Assembly: GCA_965248835.1 (NCBI GenBank)
Contig: CBDFLJ010000001.1
Coordinates: 320,001 to 384,000, forward strand
Reading direction: 5' to 3'
DNA length: 64,000 nt
Source: Alphaproteobacteria bacterium
GTDB taxonomy: Bacteria > Pseudomonadota > Alphaproteobacteria > MPNO01
Below the pieces are notes generated by a model that saw nothing but the letters and a program-made list of their open reading frames with translations, was not told the origin of the DNA and did no database searches. A program made the position numbers and the translations under genes. Shown here one piece after another: positions 63,323 to 64,000 of the stretch. The number at the start of each line of letters is the position of its first letter. Positions within the stretch are counted from its first letter, which is position 1.

Positions 63323-64000
63323 GTGACCAGTCTGCACAAGTTCGCGAGCCCCGGGCGGTTCCTGCGCCTGGCCGATGCGGTACAGCCCTGGACCTCCTGG
63401 GCGGCGGCGCTCCTGATCGGGGCAGGGCTGATCGTGGGGCTGTTCTATTCGCCGCCGGACTACCAGCAGGGCGAGACGGTCAGGATCATGTACGTCCACG
63501 TGCCCTCGGCCTGGATGGCGATGCTCGTCTACACCGTGATGGCCGTATCCTCGGCCGCCGGGCTGATCTGGCGGCATCCGCTGGCCCATGTGATCGCGGT
63601 CGCCGCTGCGCCCATCGGGGCGTGCTTCACGGTAGTTTGTCTCGCCACCGGGATGCTGTGGGGCAAGCCGATGTGGGGGACATGGTGGGTGTGGGATGCT
63701 CGGCTGACCTCGGTCCTGATCCTTCTGTTCCTCTATCTCGGCTTCATCGCGCTGGCCAACGCCTTCGATTCCACTGTGCGCGGCGACCGGGCCGCGGCGA
63801 TTCTGGCGGTCGTCGGCGCGGTCAACATCCCGATCATCAAGTTTTCGGTCGATTGGTGGAATACGCTGCACCAACCGGCCAGCGTTACCAGGGCGGCGAT
63901 GCCTTCGATTCACACCGCGATGCTGATCCCGCTGCTGGCGATGGCGGTCGGCTTCACCTGCCTTTTCGTGACGCTCCTGTTCATCCGGGTGCGCGCCGGG
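63323..64000 (+). CDS. ccmC: Heme exporter/chaperone CcmC, 3' end outside window
   Basis: Read manually from GTG at 63323: HKFASPGRF...DYQQGETVRIMYVHVP...WGKPMWGTWWVWDARLT...SVDWWNTLHQ. Confidence 0.97.
   Translation, partial: MTSLHKFASPGRFLRLADAVQPWTSWAAALLIGAGLIVGLFYSPPDYQQGETVRIMYVHVPSAWMAMLVYTVMAVSSAAGLIWRHPLAHVIAVAAAPIGACFTVVCLATGMLWGKPMWGTWWVWDARLTSVLILLFLYLGFIALANAFDSTVRGDRAAAILAVVGAVNIPIIKFSVDWWNTLHQPASVTRAAMPSIHTAMLIPLLAMAVGFTCLFVTLLFIRVRAG

Overview
High-GC chromosomal segment of an alphaproteobacterium, probably Rhodospirillales-like (inferred from the DUF1674-rsmB-rpe-heparinase, helicase-S4-fdxA-carD and acnA/ccmABC gene orders). The first ~24 kb is an accessory catabolic and transport block with no recognisable transcription factor gene: Na+/solute symporter, three-subunit Mo-hydroxylase plus ABM-like protein, maiA, VOC, CitE-like lyase, lactonase, SDR, tandem muconolactone-isomerase-like protein, sulfatase, LLM monooxygenase, cyclodeaminase, glnA, cupin and RutD-like hydrolase. 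The rest is mostly housekeeping (gpsA, EVE, acs, rsmB, rpe, fhs, pip, carD, fdxA, htpG, acnA, ccmABC) with several insertions. I saw no transposase, integrase, phage gene, CRISPR array, rRNA or tRNA. Main observations: a eukaryote/Bacteroidota-type carAB between rsmB and rpe, with a doubly frameshifted carB; a candidate multi-hairpin anti-Shine-Dalgarno sRNA between acnA and ccmA; three related palindromic elements that supply stop codons; divergent sigma54-like promoters linking glnA to a cupin-RutD-like pair; a His-tailed orphan protein in a pip-hydantoinase operon; likely CTG starts; and deletion-eroded gene ghosts. All family assignments come from motif recognition by eye, not from database searches.
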